From Burkholderiales bacterium (GTDB taxonomy: Bacteria > Pseudomonadota > Gammaproteobacteria > Burkholderiales > SG8-39): 64,000 bases of DNA. How positions within the stretch are numbered: position 1 is the first letter of the stretch; each line of letters opens with the position of its first letter. Shown in pieces: positions 1-8,506 of the stretch. The notes under the pieces were generated by a model. The model saw only the letters and a program-made list of their open reading frames with translations. It was not told the origin of the DNA and did not search any database. Made by a program: the position numbers and the translations under genes. Location of the stretch: NCBI GenBank assembly GCA_038904015.1, contig JBCKKZ010000004.1, positions 153 through 64,152 on the forward strand. Reading direction: 5' to 3'.

Positions 1-289
1 GCCGCATGTCGCACAGCTCTCCCCGAATAAGAACATGAGCCTTCAGTGCACAACCGCCGCATTTACCCTGCCCCTGGACGCCTCGGGCTTCGTCATCTTG
101 TGCTGACTCGCCCGGGAGCTGAGCCTTCTATGCGATTTCTGTTCGTCGGCTCGCACCTTTGCGCTCCGGCTTCCTTCGGACAAGCCCTCGCAGGCTTGCC
201 CTTGCCTTCGGCTAGTGGTTATCCTGACTTCATGATGTCCTCCCACAGGGGACTTTCACCCCACAAACTCATGCCCATGTCGGGCGTAC
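1..289 (-). mobile_element. Group IIC (attC-targeting) intron, 5' portion (domain I region); the remainder, including any RT/maturase ORF, lies left of the window
   Basis: Minus strand starts GTACGCCCGACATGGGCATG (IIC consensus GTGCGCCCGGCATGGG), followed by IIC domain-I motifs GGGTGAAAGTCCC, TAGCCGAAGGCAAGG, GGAAGCCGGAGCGCAAAG, GCCGACGAACAGAAATCGCATA and GTAAATGCGGCGGTTGTGCA. The boundary falls exactly at the TA^AC of an attC inverse core. Confidence 0.88.
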
Positions 290-362
290 ACCCTTCCATC
301 GAGCGGACATCCAACAGCGGGCTTCGCCCACTGTCGGCTGCCGCTCATGTCAAACGTTAGGC
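290..362 (+). repeat. attC site 1 (R'' box interrupted by the intron)
   Basis: (TA^)ACCCTTCCATCGAGCGGAC...GCCGCTCATGTCAAAC-GTTAGGC; imperfect palindrome with core GTTAGGC at 356-362. Confidence 0.88.
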
Positions 363-392
363 CGCACAGTCATCAACACACTGGAGGTACTT

Positions 393-1052
393 ATGCTCGC
401 TCTCAACCGCCGTCGCAACATCCTGCTTACAGCGCTTGTCGTAATCGGGGCACAGTTCTGGACAATCAGTCAACCGCTGGCCCAAACACAGCCAGTTTCC
501 ATTTTCATCGTGCGGCACGCTGAGGCCGATAATAAGCAGCCGACGATACCGTTGAGCGCAGTGGGTCGCCAAAGAGCAGCTTTATTGGCCCCTACACTGA
601 AAGACGTAAAGTTCACGCATCTTTTCGCGACTCACACCATTCGCGCTCGTCAGATGGTCGAAGACATTGCCTCGGCGCGAGGCCTCCCGATCGTACAACT
701 GCCTGTGCCCGGCTCGATCCTCGATGGACAACCTGTGACCGATCTGACCTCACGGCGGGCGCCTATCGAGCCGATCGCGACCGCTTTGCTAAAGCTACCA
801 GCCGGAAGCGTTGCGCTCGTGGCGGGGAACAGCGAAAACATCTTTGCAATCCTTAACCGGCTCGGGGTGCCGGTCGCGGCACCTGGGCAGTCCTGCGCGT
901 TCGGGAGCATGTGTGTCCCGTGCCTTGACAATACGTGCTTCCCTGCGGAATTCGACCGTATTTGGCATCTGGTGCTCGAACCCGGTCGCGCTACGCCACT
1001 CGTTCTCGTTGAACTTCGCTACGGCGCGGGCTGGCGAGCCTCTGATCGTTGA
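393..1052 (+). CDS. Secreted histidine phosphatase (SixA/PGM-like) family protein, gene cassette
   Basis: IFIVRHAE motif, LSAVGRQRA, N-terminal RRR plus hydrophobic signal peptide, GGAGG RBS. Confidence 0.8.
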   Translation: MLALNRRRNILLTALVVIGAQFWTISQPLAQTQPVSIFIVRHAEADNKQPTIPLSAVGRQRAALLAPTLKDVKFTHLFATHTIRARQMVEDIASARGLPIVQLPVPGSILDGQPVTDLTSRRAPIEPIATALLKLPAGSVALVAGNSENIFAILNRLGVPVAAPGQSCAFGSMCVPCLDNTCFPAEFDRIWHLVLEPGRATPLVLVELRYGAGWRASDR

Positions 1053-1084
1053 GCGAGTGGCTCATAATCTCTGCGGATGGTGCC

Positions 1085-1169
1085 GCCTAACATTTAGCTG
1101 GTGCGGACGGGCCGCCAGCATCGTGCCAATTCAACTGCCCGTGCTGGCCCGCCGCACAGCACGTTAGGC
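1085..1169 (+). repeat. attC site 2
   Basis: GCCTAAC...GCTGGTGCGGACGGGCC...GGCCCGCCGCACAGC...GTTAGGC; R'' is complementary to the upstream core GTTAGGC. Confidence 0.85.
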
Positions 1170-1245
1170 TTCGCGAGGACAGTCGAGAGGCAGTGGACCC
1201 GGTCCAAGAGGGATACGAACGCAGGTTCAGGCGACAGGAAACGCA

Positions 1246-2229
1246 ATGATTGCCAGGAGTCTCACGCTCGTCGTCACCATCGCCCTTGCCCTCTTTGTTG
1301 CGCCGCTCGGCGCCGAGGCACAGCAGGCGGGAAAGGTGTACCGAATCGGTGTTCTGTCTTCGAGCCCTCCTACCACCCGTTTGTCCGAACTTTTGCGTCA
1401 AAGCCTGCGCGACCTGGGGTTCGTGGAAGGGCTGAACCTTAGCATCGAGTGGCGCAATGCAGAAGGGAAAGCGGAGCGCTTCGACGACCTCGCGGCCGAG
1501 CTCGTGCGCCTCCAGGTTGAAGTTATCGTGGCGACCACGCCGGGCACTGTCTTTGCAGCCAAGAGGGCGACGACGTCGATCCCGATCGTTATGGTGAATA
1601 CTCCTGATCCTGTTCAGTTGGGCCTTGTCGCCAGCCTCGGGCGACCGGGCGGGAACGTCACAGGCACGACCTCCCTGAGTGTCGAGTTGAGCATCAAACA
1701 GCTCGAACTCCTCAAGGAGGCAGTTCCTCGCGTCTCGCGAATCGCCGTCTTGTGGAACCCGAGTAACCCGTGGCATCCACTCGCCGTGAAGGGGATCGAA
1801 GCTGGTGCGCGATCGTTGGGGGTGCAGCTTCAGATCCTTGAGGTTCGCAGTCCCGAGGACTTCGACAATGCGTTCGCGGCAATGACACGGGCCCGCTCCG
1901 GGGCCGTCCTGGTCCTGGCAGACCCGATGACTTTTACCCATCGAACCCGACTTGCAGCCGTCGCGGCCGAACACCGTCTGCCGACAATGTACGGCCTGAG
2001 GGAACATACCGAAGTGGGCGGCCTTATGTCCTTTTGGGCGAACTCGACGGACATATACCGGCGCACCGGCGTCTACGTCGGCAAGATCCTCAAAGGAGCC
2101 AAACCGGCCGACCTGCCCGTCGAGCAGCCGACGAGGTTCGAGTTCGTGATCAACCTGCGAACAGCCAAGGCGCTCGGCCTCAGGATCCCGCAGTCGCTGC
2201 TCCTGCGGGCGGATCACGTCGTCGAGTGA
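1246..2229 (+). CDS. ABC transporter substrate-binding protein (ABC_sub_bind-like), gene cassette
   Basis: Signal peptide ending AEAQQ, KVYRIGVL, DPVQLGLVASLGRPGGNVTG, KILKGAKPADLPVEQPTRFEFVIN. Confidence 0.9.
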   Translation: MIARSLTLVVTIALALFVAPLGAEAQQAGKVYRIGVLSSSPPTTRLSELLRQSLRDLGFVEGLNLSIEWRNAEGKAERFDDLAAELVRLQVEVIVATTPGTVFAAKRATTSIPIVMVNTPDPVQLGLVASLGRPGGNVTGTTSLSVELSIKQLELLKEAVPRVSRIAVLWNPSNPWHPLAVKGIEAGARSLGVQLQILEVRSPEDFDNAFAAMTRARSGAVLVLADPMTFTHRTRLAAVAAEHRLPTMYGLREHTEVGGLMSFWANSTDIYRRTGVYVGKILKGAKPADLPVEQPTRFEFVINLRTAKALGLRIPQSLLLRADHVVE

Positions 2230-2259
2230 AGGCCTGCATCCGATGGCGCAGACAGCGAA

Positions 2260-2316
2260 CCCTAACTCGGCATGCAGCCGACGCGCTCACGCGCGCGGCT
2301 GATACCGGCGTTAGCC
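2260..2316 (+). repeat. attC site 3 (short, 57 bp)
   Basis: CCCTAAC-TCGGCATGCAGCCGACGCGC-TCAC-GCGCGCGGCTGATACCGGC-GTTAGCC. Confidence 0.88.
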
Positions 2317-2369
2317 GACGTGAAACGGCCGGCGTACAATTTGGAGAAGAAGCAAGATCGGAGGCTAAA

Positions 2370-2570
2370 ATGAGCGAAGTCGAACAGATAGAAAACCGCA
2401 TCAGGAGTCTCTCGCCCAAAGAGTTGGCGCAGCTCCGGGCGTGGTTTGAGGAATTCGATTCCCTAGCTTGGGACCGTCAGATTGAATCCGACTCTGCAGC
2501 CGGGAAGCTTGATCACTTGATCGAAGAGTCCTTGGCAGAGCACAATGCGGGCAAGAGCCGTTTGCTTTGA
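2370..2570 (+). CDS. Putative antitoxin (66 aa), TA cassette
   Basis: GGAGG RBS; MSEVEQIE...WDRQIESDSAAGKLD; overlaps the toxin start (TTGA). Confidence 0.75.
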   Translation: MSEVEQIENRIRSLSPKELAQLRAWFEEFDSLAWDRQIESDSAAGKLDHLIEESLAEHNAGKSRLL

Positions 2571-2821
2571 AGCACTGGGCATCCTCGCGCTTCTGGGTGC
2601 TGTATGAAGCACTGCCCCCTGAAGTACGCGGGACCGCCGACAAGAATTTTCAGCTCCTCAAGGCAGACGCGCGGCATCCGTCGCTTCACTTCAAGCGCAT
2701 CGGAAAGGTCTGGTCCGTTCGAGTGGGTGCGCGTTATCGCGCCGTTGGCCACGACGTGCCCGGCGGAATCAAGTGGTTCTGGGTAGGACCTCATGCTGAG
2801 TACGACAAGATCGTCGGCTAA
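2567..2821 (+). CDS. RelE/ParE-superfamily toxin
   Basis: 84 aa, basic; HPSLHFKRIG..WSVRVG..YRA, WFWVGPHAEYD; the stop codon lies in the attC GGCTAAC. Confidence 0.8.
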   Translation: MKHWASSRFWVLYEALPPEVRGTADKNFQLLKADARHPSLHFKRIGKVWSVRVGARYRAVGHDVPGGIKWFWVGPHAEYDKIVG

Positions 2822-2905
2822 CAACCTGTTTGAGACCGACGCGCCGGACGCTCCGTGCCCGATCCACCGTCATCGTCGTCGCGCGGCTCAACAGGAACGT
2901 TGGGC
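2816..2905 (+). repeat. attC site 4
   Basis: GGCTAAC-AACCTGTTTGAGACCGACGCG...CGCGCGGCTCAACAGGAAC-GTTGGGC; R'' is complementary to the core GTTAGCC at 2310-2316. Confidence 0.88.
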
Positions 2906-2988
2906 GTCTTGATTGCACTTTGCTGGCTGGACCAGCGCCGGTTGCGGCAAGCTACAGGTTGTTCAACGCACTTGCGTCGGAGATGACT

Positions 2989-3216
2989 ATGAGTACCAAT
3001 CTTGAAGTCTTGGAGGCGGAGGCCCTGAAGCTTGCTCCGTCGGATCGTTCGCACCTGCTTGAGCGACTCATTGCAAGCCTTGATTCAGACCCCGAAGTCG
3101 AGGAAGCGTGGGAGCGCGAAGCAGATCGAAGGGAGGCACTGTTGGAATCGGGTTCCGTGGCAGAAGTCTCCGGGCCCGATGCAATGAGTCGCCTTCGGTC
3201 AAGGCTTGCTCGTTGA
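2989..3216 (+). CDS. Addiction-module antitoxin component
   Basis: EALKLAPSDRSHLLERLIASLD...EEAWEREADRR pattern; translationally coupled to a ParE-like start. Confidence 0.8.
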   Translation: MSTNLEVLEAEALKLAPSDRSHLLERLIASLDSDPEVEEAWEREADRREALLESGSVAEVSGPDAMSRLRSRLAR

Positions 3217-3332
3217 CATATTCTCTTCACCCTGGCGCCGAGCAAGATATCGCAGACGCCTTGGACTTCTACGCCGAACAAGCTGGACTAATCGTGGCCC
3301 AGCGATTTCTTACCGAGTTCGAGCGCGCCGCT
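3213..3332 (+). pseudogene. Truncated ParE/RelE toxin (N-terminal ~40 aa only)
   Basis: TTG start, YSLHPGAEQDIADALDFYAEQAG...FLTEFERA, then ParE character is lost; no downstream attC. Confidence 0.7.
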
Positions 3333-3394
3333 GAAGGCGACGTAGGGCAGCATGAAAAACGTCCAGGTCCGCAATGCGCTCAGGGCAGACGCGT

Positions 3395-4537
3395 TCAAGG
3401 TCGCCGGTGGCTCCCGCTGACGATCCCGAACTCGAACAGGCGGCACTCCAGCGCGCCGTTGTAGAGCGGCACGCGGCGCGCGGGCTGCAGGCGGATCAAC
3501 TTCGCCATCCTCAGGTCGGCGGTGAAGAAGTGGCAGCGCCAGCCGGTGAAGTTCTTCTTCAGGGCATCGCCGAGTTTCGGGTAGAAGAGCGCGAGATCCT
3601 CTTTCGAGCCGATGCGCTCGCCGTAAGGCGGGTTGGCGATCATGACGCCGGAGGCCGCGGGCGCGGCGCGCTCCAGGATGTCGGCCTGTTCGAGCTTCAC
3701 CCAGCGTTCCACACCGGCGGCGGCGAGGTTGCGCCGCGCATCGTTCAGCACCCTGGGATCGTTGTCGCTGCCGAAGATCTGGAACTTGGTTGAAGAGGTT
3801 TGTGCTTTTCGTTCGTCATTCTTTATTTTTTCCCAGAGATTCAAGTCAAAAACTTTCAATTTCTCAAAACCAAACCCTCGGCGAGCCCCAGGCGGCCGGC
3901 CGCGCGCCATCGCGGCGGCTTCCACCAGCAAAGTGCCGCCGCCGCACATGGGATCGAGCAGCGGTTCCTCGGGCTTCCAGCCCGAGAGCAGCAGGATGCC
4001 CGCGGCGAGGTTTTCGCGCAGCGGCGCTTCGCCCGCGCCTGCGCGCCAGCCGCGCTTGAACAGCGGCTCGCCCGAGGTGTCGAGGTAGAAGACGCCGCGC
4101 GCCGCCTCGAGGAATGCATGCACGCGTACATCAGGATTCGCGCGGTCCACGCTCGGCCGACTGCCGAGTGTGTCGCGGAAGCGGTCGCAGACCGCATCCT
4201 TGATGCGCAGCGTCGCGAAGTCCAGGCTCTTGAGCGGGCTCTTCTGCGCCGCTACATTGACCCTGAGCGTGCGCTCCACCGCGAACAGTCCCAACCAGTC
4301 CACCTTGCGCGCCGCCTCGTAGAGGTCATCCTCTCCGGCGTAGTCGAATTCGGCGACGCGCCAGAGGATGCGCGAGGCGAGGCGCGACCAGAGATTCGCC
4401 GTGTAGCAGACCCTCCAGTCGCCCGAGAACGCGACGCCGCCCGGCACCTCCCGCACGCGTTGCGCGCCCAGCGAGGCGAGTTCGGCGGCGAGCAGCGGCT
4501 CCAGGCCACGCGGAGAAGAGGCAAAGAACTGTTCCAT
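3395..4537 (-). CDS. rlmL: THUMP-domain rRNA methyltransferase (RlmL-like)
   Basis: APLRENLAAG, DPMCGGGT and NPPYG motifs. Confidence 0.85.
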   Translation of the reverse strand: MEQFFASSPRGLEPLLAAELASLGAQRVREVPGGVAFSGDWRVCYTANLWSRLASRILWRVAEFDYAGEDDLYEAARKVDWLGLFAVERTLRVNVAAQKSPLKSLDFATLRIKDAVCDRFRDTLGSRPSVDRANPDVRVHAFLEAARGVFYLDTSGEPLFKRGWRAGAGEAPLRENLAAGILLLSGWKPEEPLLDPMCGGGTLLVEAAAMARGRPPGARRGFGFEKLKVFDLNLWEKIKNDERKAQTSSTKFQIFGSDNDPRVLNDARRNLAAAGVERWVKLEQADILERAAPAASGVMIANPPYGERIGSKEDLALFYPKLGDALKKNFTGWRCHFFTADLRMAKLIRLQPARRVPLYNGALECRLFEFGIVSGSHRRP

Positions 4538-4562
4538 CGGCTTTCGATGAGCGGGATGAAAA

Positions 4563-4979
4563 CTACAGCGGCTTGAAGACGGCGAGCAGAACGACAGCGA
4601 TCAGGATGAGGACCGGAAATTCATTGAACCAACGCAACCAGACATGGCTCCTCGCGTTGCGCTCGTTGCGCAAATCGAGCATCAGCTTGCCGCACCAGAG
4701 GTGATACACGACCAGCATCCCGACCAGCGCGAGCTTGGCATGCAGCCAGCCGCCGGCCGCCGGGAACCAGACTAGCCATAGCCATAGCCCGAACACCAGC
4801 GTAAGCACGCCACCCGGGGTCGCGATGCCCCAGAAAAGCTTGCGCTCCATGACCTTGAAGCGCTCGATCGAAATCCGGTCGCTGGCCTGCGCGTGATAGA
4901 CAAAAAGGCGCGGCAGGTAAAACAGCCCCGCGAACCAGGTGACCATGAAGATGAGGTGCAGGCTTTTGACGAGCAACAT
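4563..4979 (-). CDS. hemJ: Protoporphyrinogen IX oxidase HemJ
   Basis: KSLHLIFMVTWFAGLFYLPRLFVYHA, RWFNEFP. Confidence 0.9.
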   Translation of the reverse strand: MLLVKSLHLIFMVTWFAGLFYLPRLFVYHAQASDRISIERFKVMERKLFWGIATPGGVLTLVFGLWLWLVWFPAAGGWLHAKLALVGMLVVYHLWCGKLMLDLRNERNARSHVWLRWFNEFPVLILIAVVLLAVFKPL

Positions 4980-4986
4980 GGTCAGC

Positions 4987-5628
4987 TCATTTCCAGTTGT
5001 TCTGGATGATGGCGCGCAGGACGGGCAGCCGGCGATGGAAGAAATGGTCGGCGCCGGGTACCACGACCACCGGCAGGTCCTGCGGCCGCGCCCAGGCCAG
5101 CACGTCGGCAAGCAGTACGGTCTCATCCTCCTCGCCGTGGATCACGATCGTGTCGGCGGGCACAGGCGGCACAGGCGGCACATTTAGGGTCTTGACCGCC
5201 ACCCCGACCAATACCATGCGTGACGCCGGATTTCCCTCCTTCACGAGCCGTTGGGCAAGCGCGGCCTGGATTGCCGCGCCAAATGAGAAGCCCGCGAGAA
5301 CGGGTTTTTCGCTTCTCAGGTACTCGATGATTGCGGCGAGATCCTCCAGTTCGCCGCGGCCTTCATCATGCGTTCCCTCGCTCTCGCCGACACCGCGGAA
5401 ATTGGGCCGCCAAGCCGTGTAGCCGAGCTCGACGAACGCGCGCGCCAGCGTCTGCACCACCTTGTTGTCCAGCGTGCCGCCATAGAGGGGATGCGGGTGC
5501 GCGATCAGGGCCACGCCACGAGTGGCGTCCTTGCCAACGCGCGGCGTCCGGCCCTCGGGTTCGTCCACCGCGCACTCGATTTTTCCCGCCGGACCCGCGA
5601 TTAGTTCACGCCGGGTGGAGGAGCGCAT
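4987..5628 (-). CDS. Alpha/beta hydrolase
   Basis: HPHPLYGGTLDNKVV, GFSFG, HFFH. Confidence 0.88.
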   Translation of the reverse strand: MRSSTRRELIAGPAGKIECAVDEPEGRTPRVGKDATRGVALIAHPHPLYGGTLDNKVVQTLARAFVELGYTAWRPNFRGVGESEGTHDEGRGELEDLAAIIEYLRSEKPVLAGFSFGAAIQAALAQRLVKEGNPASRMVLVGVAVKTLNVPPVPPVPADTIVIHGEEDETVLLADVLAWARPQDLPVVVVPGADHFFHRRLPVLRAIIQNNWK

Positions 5629-5641
5629 CACGTGACGGACA

Positions 5642-5950
5642 TCAGATGCGCAGCCGCTCGACAACGCGGCCGTGCTGCAGGTGTTCCTCGACGATCTCGT
5701 CGATATCGGCGCGATCCACGTAGGTGTACCAGACCGCATCCGGATAGACGACGATGCAAGGACCCTCCTCGCATCGGTCCAGGCAACCTGCCTGGTTGAT
5801 CCTCACCTTGCCGGGACCTGCGAGCCCGAGCGCCTTGACGCGGCCCTTGGCGTAATCCCGAATCTCCGACGCGCCCTTGTCGTTGCAGCAGGTCTTGCCG
5901 CCCTCACGCTGGTTGCAGCAGAAGAAAACATGTCGTTCGTAGTAGGCCAT
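5642..5950 (-). CDS. Thioredoxin-like [2Fe-2S] ferredoxin
   Basis: HVFFCCNQR...CC...GCLDRCEEGP. Confidence 0.9.
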   Translation of the reverse strand: MAYYERHVFFCCNQREGGKTCCNDKGASEIRDYAKGRVKALGLAGPGKVRINQAGCLDRCEEGPCIVVYPDAVWYTYVDRADIDEIVEEHLQHGRVVERLRI

Positions 5951-5961
5951 AGCGCGCAATT

Positions 5962-7059
5962 TTACCGGAGCGGCCTGCGCCGCTGCGTCGCGGCGAGGTA
6001 GACGAGGTAGCCGAGCGCCGCGAACGGCCACGCCGCAGACACCAGCCGGGTGAGCCCATTGAAATTCAGGAAGTGCCCCTGCTCCCAGACCTTGAGCGTG
6101 GCGGCGAAATAGGGATTCGGCGGCGCCAGATTGACCAGCACCGTGGCCGCCATGAGGAGCACCGCAGCCATTGCCAGCCGCGCAGTGAGCTGCAACCAGA
6201 GTGCCGCCATTGCCAGCGCGACGCCCGCCGCCAGGCCCAACTGCGCGCCCGGCGTCAGCCAGGCAAATACATGCTCGGCGTGCATCAGGATCGCGAACGC
6301 GAAAGTCTTCACCACCAGCGCTACGACTACGAGCAACGCCACCAGACGGCGTAACGGCGCCTCCGGCCGCGTGCCTGCGGAGGCCAGCACCGCCACCGCC
6401 GCGAGATTCATCGCCGTGATCGCCGCTTCGATCGAGACGAACAGCTCGGCCTCGTGCCGCTCCCCTGCCGCGCCGGCGAAGAGATCCCTCAGGTCGCCGC
6501 TGCCGAACAGCAGCGTCGCCGGATTGAGCTGGGCGAACAGCCATAGCGCGAGCAATGCGAGCCCCAGGTCGGCCGCGGTACCAGGCATCAGCGCCTGCGC
6601 GCGCAAGCGATGCAACGGTCCGCCGCCGAGCAGCCACCGGGCGAGAACCGCGGCGGCAAGCCCGCCAGCCGCGGCGCCGGCAACATTGGCGAGCACATCG
6701 ACGTTTGAAGGAATGCGCGCCGGCAGGAAGCTCTGCGCCGACTCGAGCAACAGCGACAGCACGGCGCCGGTAACGGTGGCAAGGACAACCGCCGCGCCGC
6801 CGGCAAGGCGCGTATGGACTGCGAGCGCGCACAACAGGCCATAGGGGAGATAACCGAAGAAATTCGCCGCCAGGTCGAAAGCGGTGACGTAGCGCGGCCA
6901 GGGCGCGGTGAGGAAAGCAAACGCAGGTCCGCCGGGTTGGCGCCAGCCGGTGAGCGGGTAGAGCGTCGCGTAGACGACGAGCAGGACGTAGACAGCAAGG
7001 AAAACCCGCGTAAGTCCGGACTCTCGCGGACTAGGGCTGGTGATGCGGATGACCGCCAT
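5962..7059 (-). CDS. VanZ-family membrane protein
   Basis: DLAANFFGYLPYG, ESAQSFLPARIPSNVDVLAN; start uncertain. Confidence 0.8.
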   Translation of the reverse strand: MAVIRITSPSPRESGLTRVFLAVYVLLVVYATLYPLTGWRQPGGPAFAFLTAPWPRYVTAFDLAANFFGYLPYGLLCALAVHTRLAGGAAVVLATVTGAVLSLLLESAQSFLPARIPSNVDVLANVAGAAAGGLAAAVLARWLLGGGPLHRLRAQALMPGTAADLGLALLALWLFAQLNPATLLFGSGDLRDLFAGAAGERHEAELFVSIEAAITAMNLAAVAVLASAGTRPEAPLRRLVALLVVVALVVKTFAFAILMHAEHVFAWLTPGAQLGLAAGVALAMAALWLQLTARLAMAAVLLMAATVLVNLAPPNPYFAATLKVWEQGHFLNFNGLTRLVSAAWPFAALGYLVYLAATQRRRPLR

Positions 7060-8491
7060 GCTTCCCGTGCGCAGGCGCCGCCGCGTGCTGGTGCGGAATG
7101 AACGATCCCATCACCATGCCGAATATGGAGGCCGCGAGTCCAACCAGCGCCGGCGGCACGGTGGCGTCCCCCGCAACGGCCTCCGCCACCCCCCAGGCGC
7201 CAAGACCGAACACTACCGAGAGCAGCGCGCCCGGCACATTCGCGCGCCGCCAGTAGATGCCTGCGGCGAGCGGCACGATGCAGGAAACCAGCGTCACCTT
7301 GTACGCGTTCTGCACCATCTCGTACATGGTGCTCTTCGAATTCAGCGCGAACAGCAGTGCCGCAAGCGTAAATGCGACCAGCACCACCCGCAACAGCAGC
7401 AGAAACTGCTGGTCGCCCATGCGCGGCGCATACGGCCGGATCACGTTCTCGGTGAAGAGAGCCGTCGGCGCCAGCAGCGCGCCCGAAGCGGTGGAAAGAA
7501 TTGCCGAGAGCAGCGCACCGAAGAACAGCACCTGCGCCCACAGCGGCGTGCGCTCCAGGATCAGGTTCGGCAGGATGCGCTGGATCTCGCGCCCATCTTC
7601 GCTGGCGAAGAGTTTCGCGTACCCCGGTTCGATCACCAGCGCCGCATACGCGATAAAGATCGGCACGAAGGCGAAGCAGAAGTAGACTGCGCCACCGACA
7701 AGGCAACCGCGGATCGCGGTTTTTTCGTCTTTGGCCGAGGTAACGCGCTGGAACACGTCCTGTTGCGGAATCGAGCCGATCGCGAGCGTCATCCAGGCGG
7801 CGGCGAACCAGAGCCATTCCCTGGCGCCGCCCTTGGGCCAGAACTCGAACTTGCCCGCCTCGGAGGCGGCCGCGATCACCTTGCCCGTTCCGCCCGCCAT
7901 GTCGCCCACCAGCCAGGCCACCGCGACCAGGCCTACCAGGATCACCACCGACTGGAAGAGATCGGTCATTGCCACCGACCACATCCCGCCCCAGATGGTG
8001 TAGCCCAGCACGATTACCGCGCCCATGACGATGCCGGCGTTCAGGCCGATGGCGCCGTCCGACAGCATCGAGATCACCAAACCCAGCGCGGTGAGCTGCG
8101 CCGAGGTCCAGCCGAGGTAGGACGCCGTGATCGCGAGACTGGTGATGAGCTCCACCGGCTTGTTGTAGCGCTTGTGGTAGAAATCGCCGATCGTGAGCAA
8201 ATCCATACGATAGAACGCGCGCGCGAAGAAAAGCGCCACGAACAGCAGGCAGAACGAGGAGCCGAATGGATCGGCGACGATGCCGCCCATGCCGTCCTTG
8301 GCGAAGGTCGCCGACACCGACAGCACGGTTTCGGCGCCGAACCAGGTGGCGAACACCGTGGCCGCGCTCATGTAGAGCGGCAGGCTGCGCCCCGCGACCA
8401 GGAAATCCTTCGAGTTGTGCACCCGCCGCGCCGCCCACAGCCCGATCGCGATGGTGACGATGAAATACAGGACCACCGAGGCAATCAGCAT
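7031..8491 (-). CDS. Sodium:solute symporter
   Basis: DFLVAGRSLP, GGMWSVAMTD, many transmembrane helices. Confidence 0.9.
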   Translation of the reverse strand: MLIASVVLYFIVTIAIGLWAARRVHNSKDFLVAGRSLPLYMSAATVFATWFGAETVLSVSATFAKDGMGGIVADPFGSSFCLLFVALFFARAFYRMDLLTIGDFYHKRYNKPVELITSLAITASYLGWTSAQLTALGLVISMLSDGAIGLNAGIVMGAVIVLGYTIWGGMWSVAMTDLFQSVVILVGLVAVAWLVGDMAGGTGKVIAAASEAGKFEFWPKGGAREWLWFAAAWMTLAIGSIPQQDVFQRVTSAKDEKTAIRGCLVGGAVYFCFAFVPIFIAYAALVIEPGYAKLFASEDGREIQRILPNLILERTPLWAQVLFFGALLSAILSTASGALLAPTALFTENVIRPYAPRMGDQQFLLLLRVVLVAFTLAALLFALNSKSTMYEMVQNAYKVTLVSCIVPLAAGIYWRRANVPGALLSVVFGLGAWGVAEAVAGDATVPPALVGLAASIFGMVMGSFIPHQHAAAPAHGKHGGHPHHQP

Positions 8492-8506
8492 GGCGCCGGA
8501 ATAATA

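Larger units (their letters stand above)
290..3330 (+). mobile_element. Integron gene-cassette array (distal end; no intI in the window)
   Basis: Four attC sites separate single-gene or TA cassettes, all in + orientation. Confidence 0.9.

Noticed and set aside
43..360. Short ORFs 43..246 (-) and 46..360 (+)
   Set aside because: They overlap intron RNA structure and attC1 and have no protein motifs.
1087..2217. 376-aa antisense ORF spanning the binding-protein cassette
   Set aside because: Shadow frame of a GC-rich gene with no recognisable domain.
290..2905. Spaced palindromes as a CRISPR array or REP elements
   Set aside because: The repeats are non-identical, separated by whole genes and carry attC R boxes; no cas genes are present.
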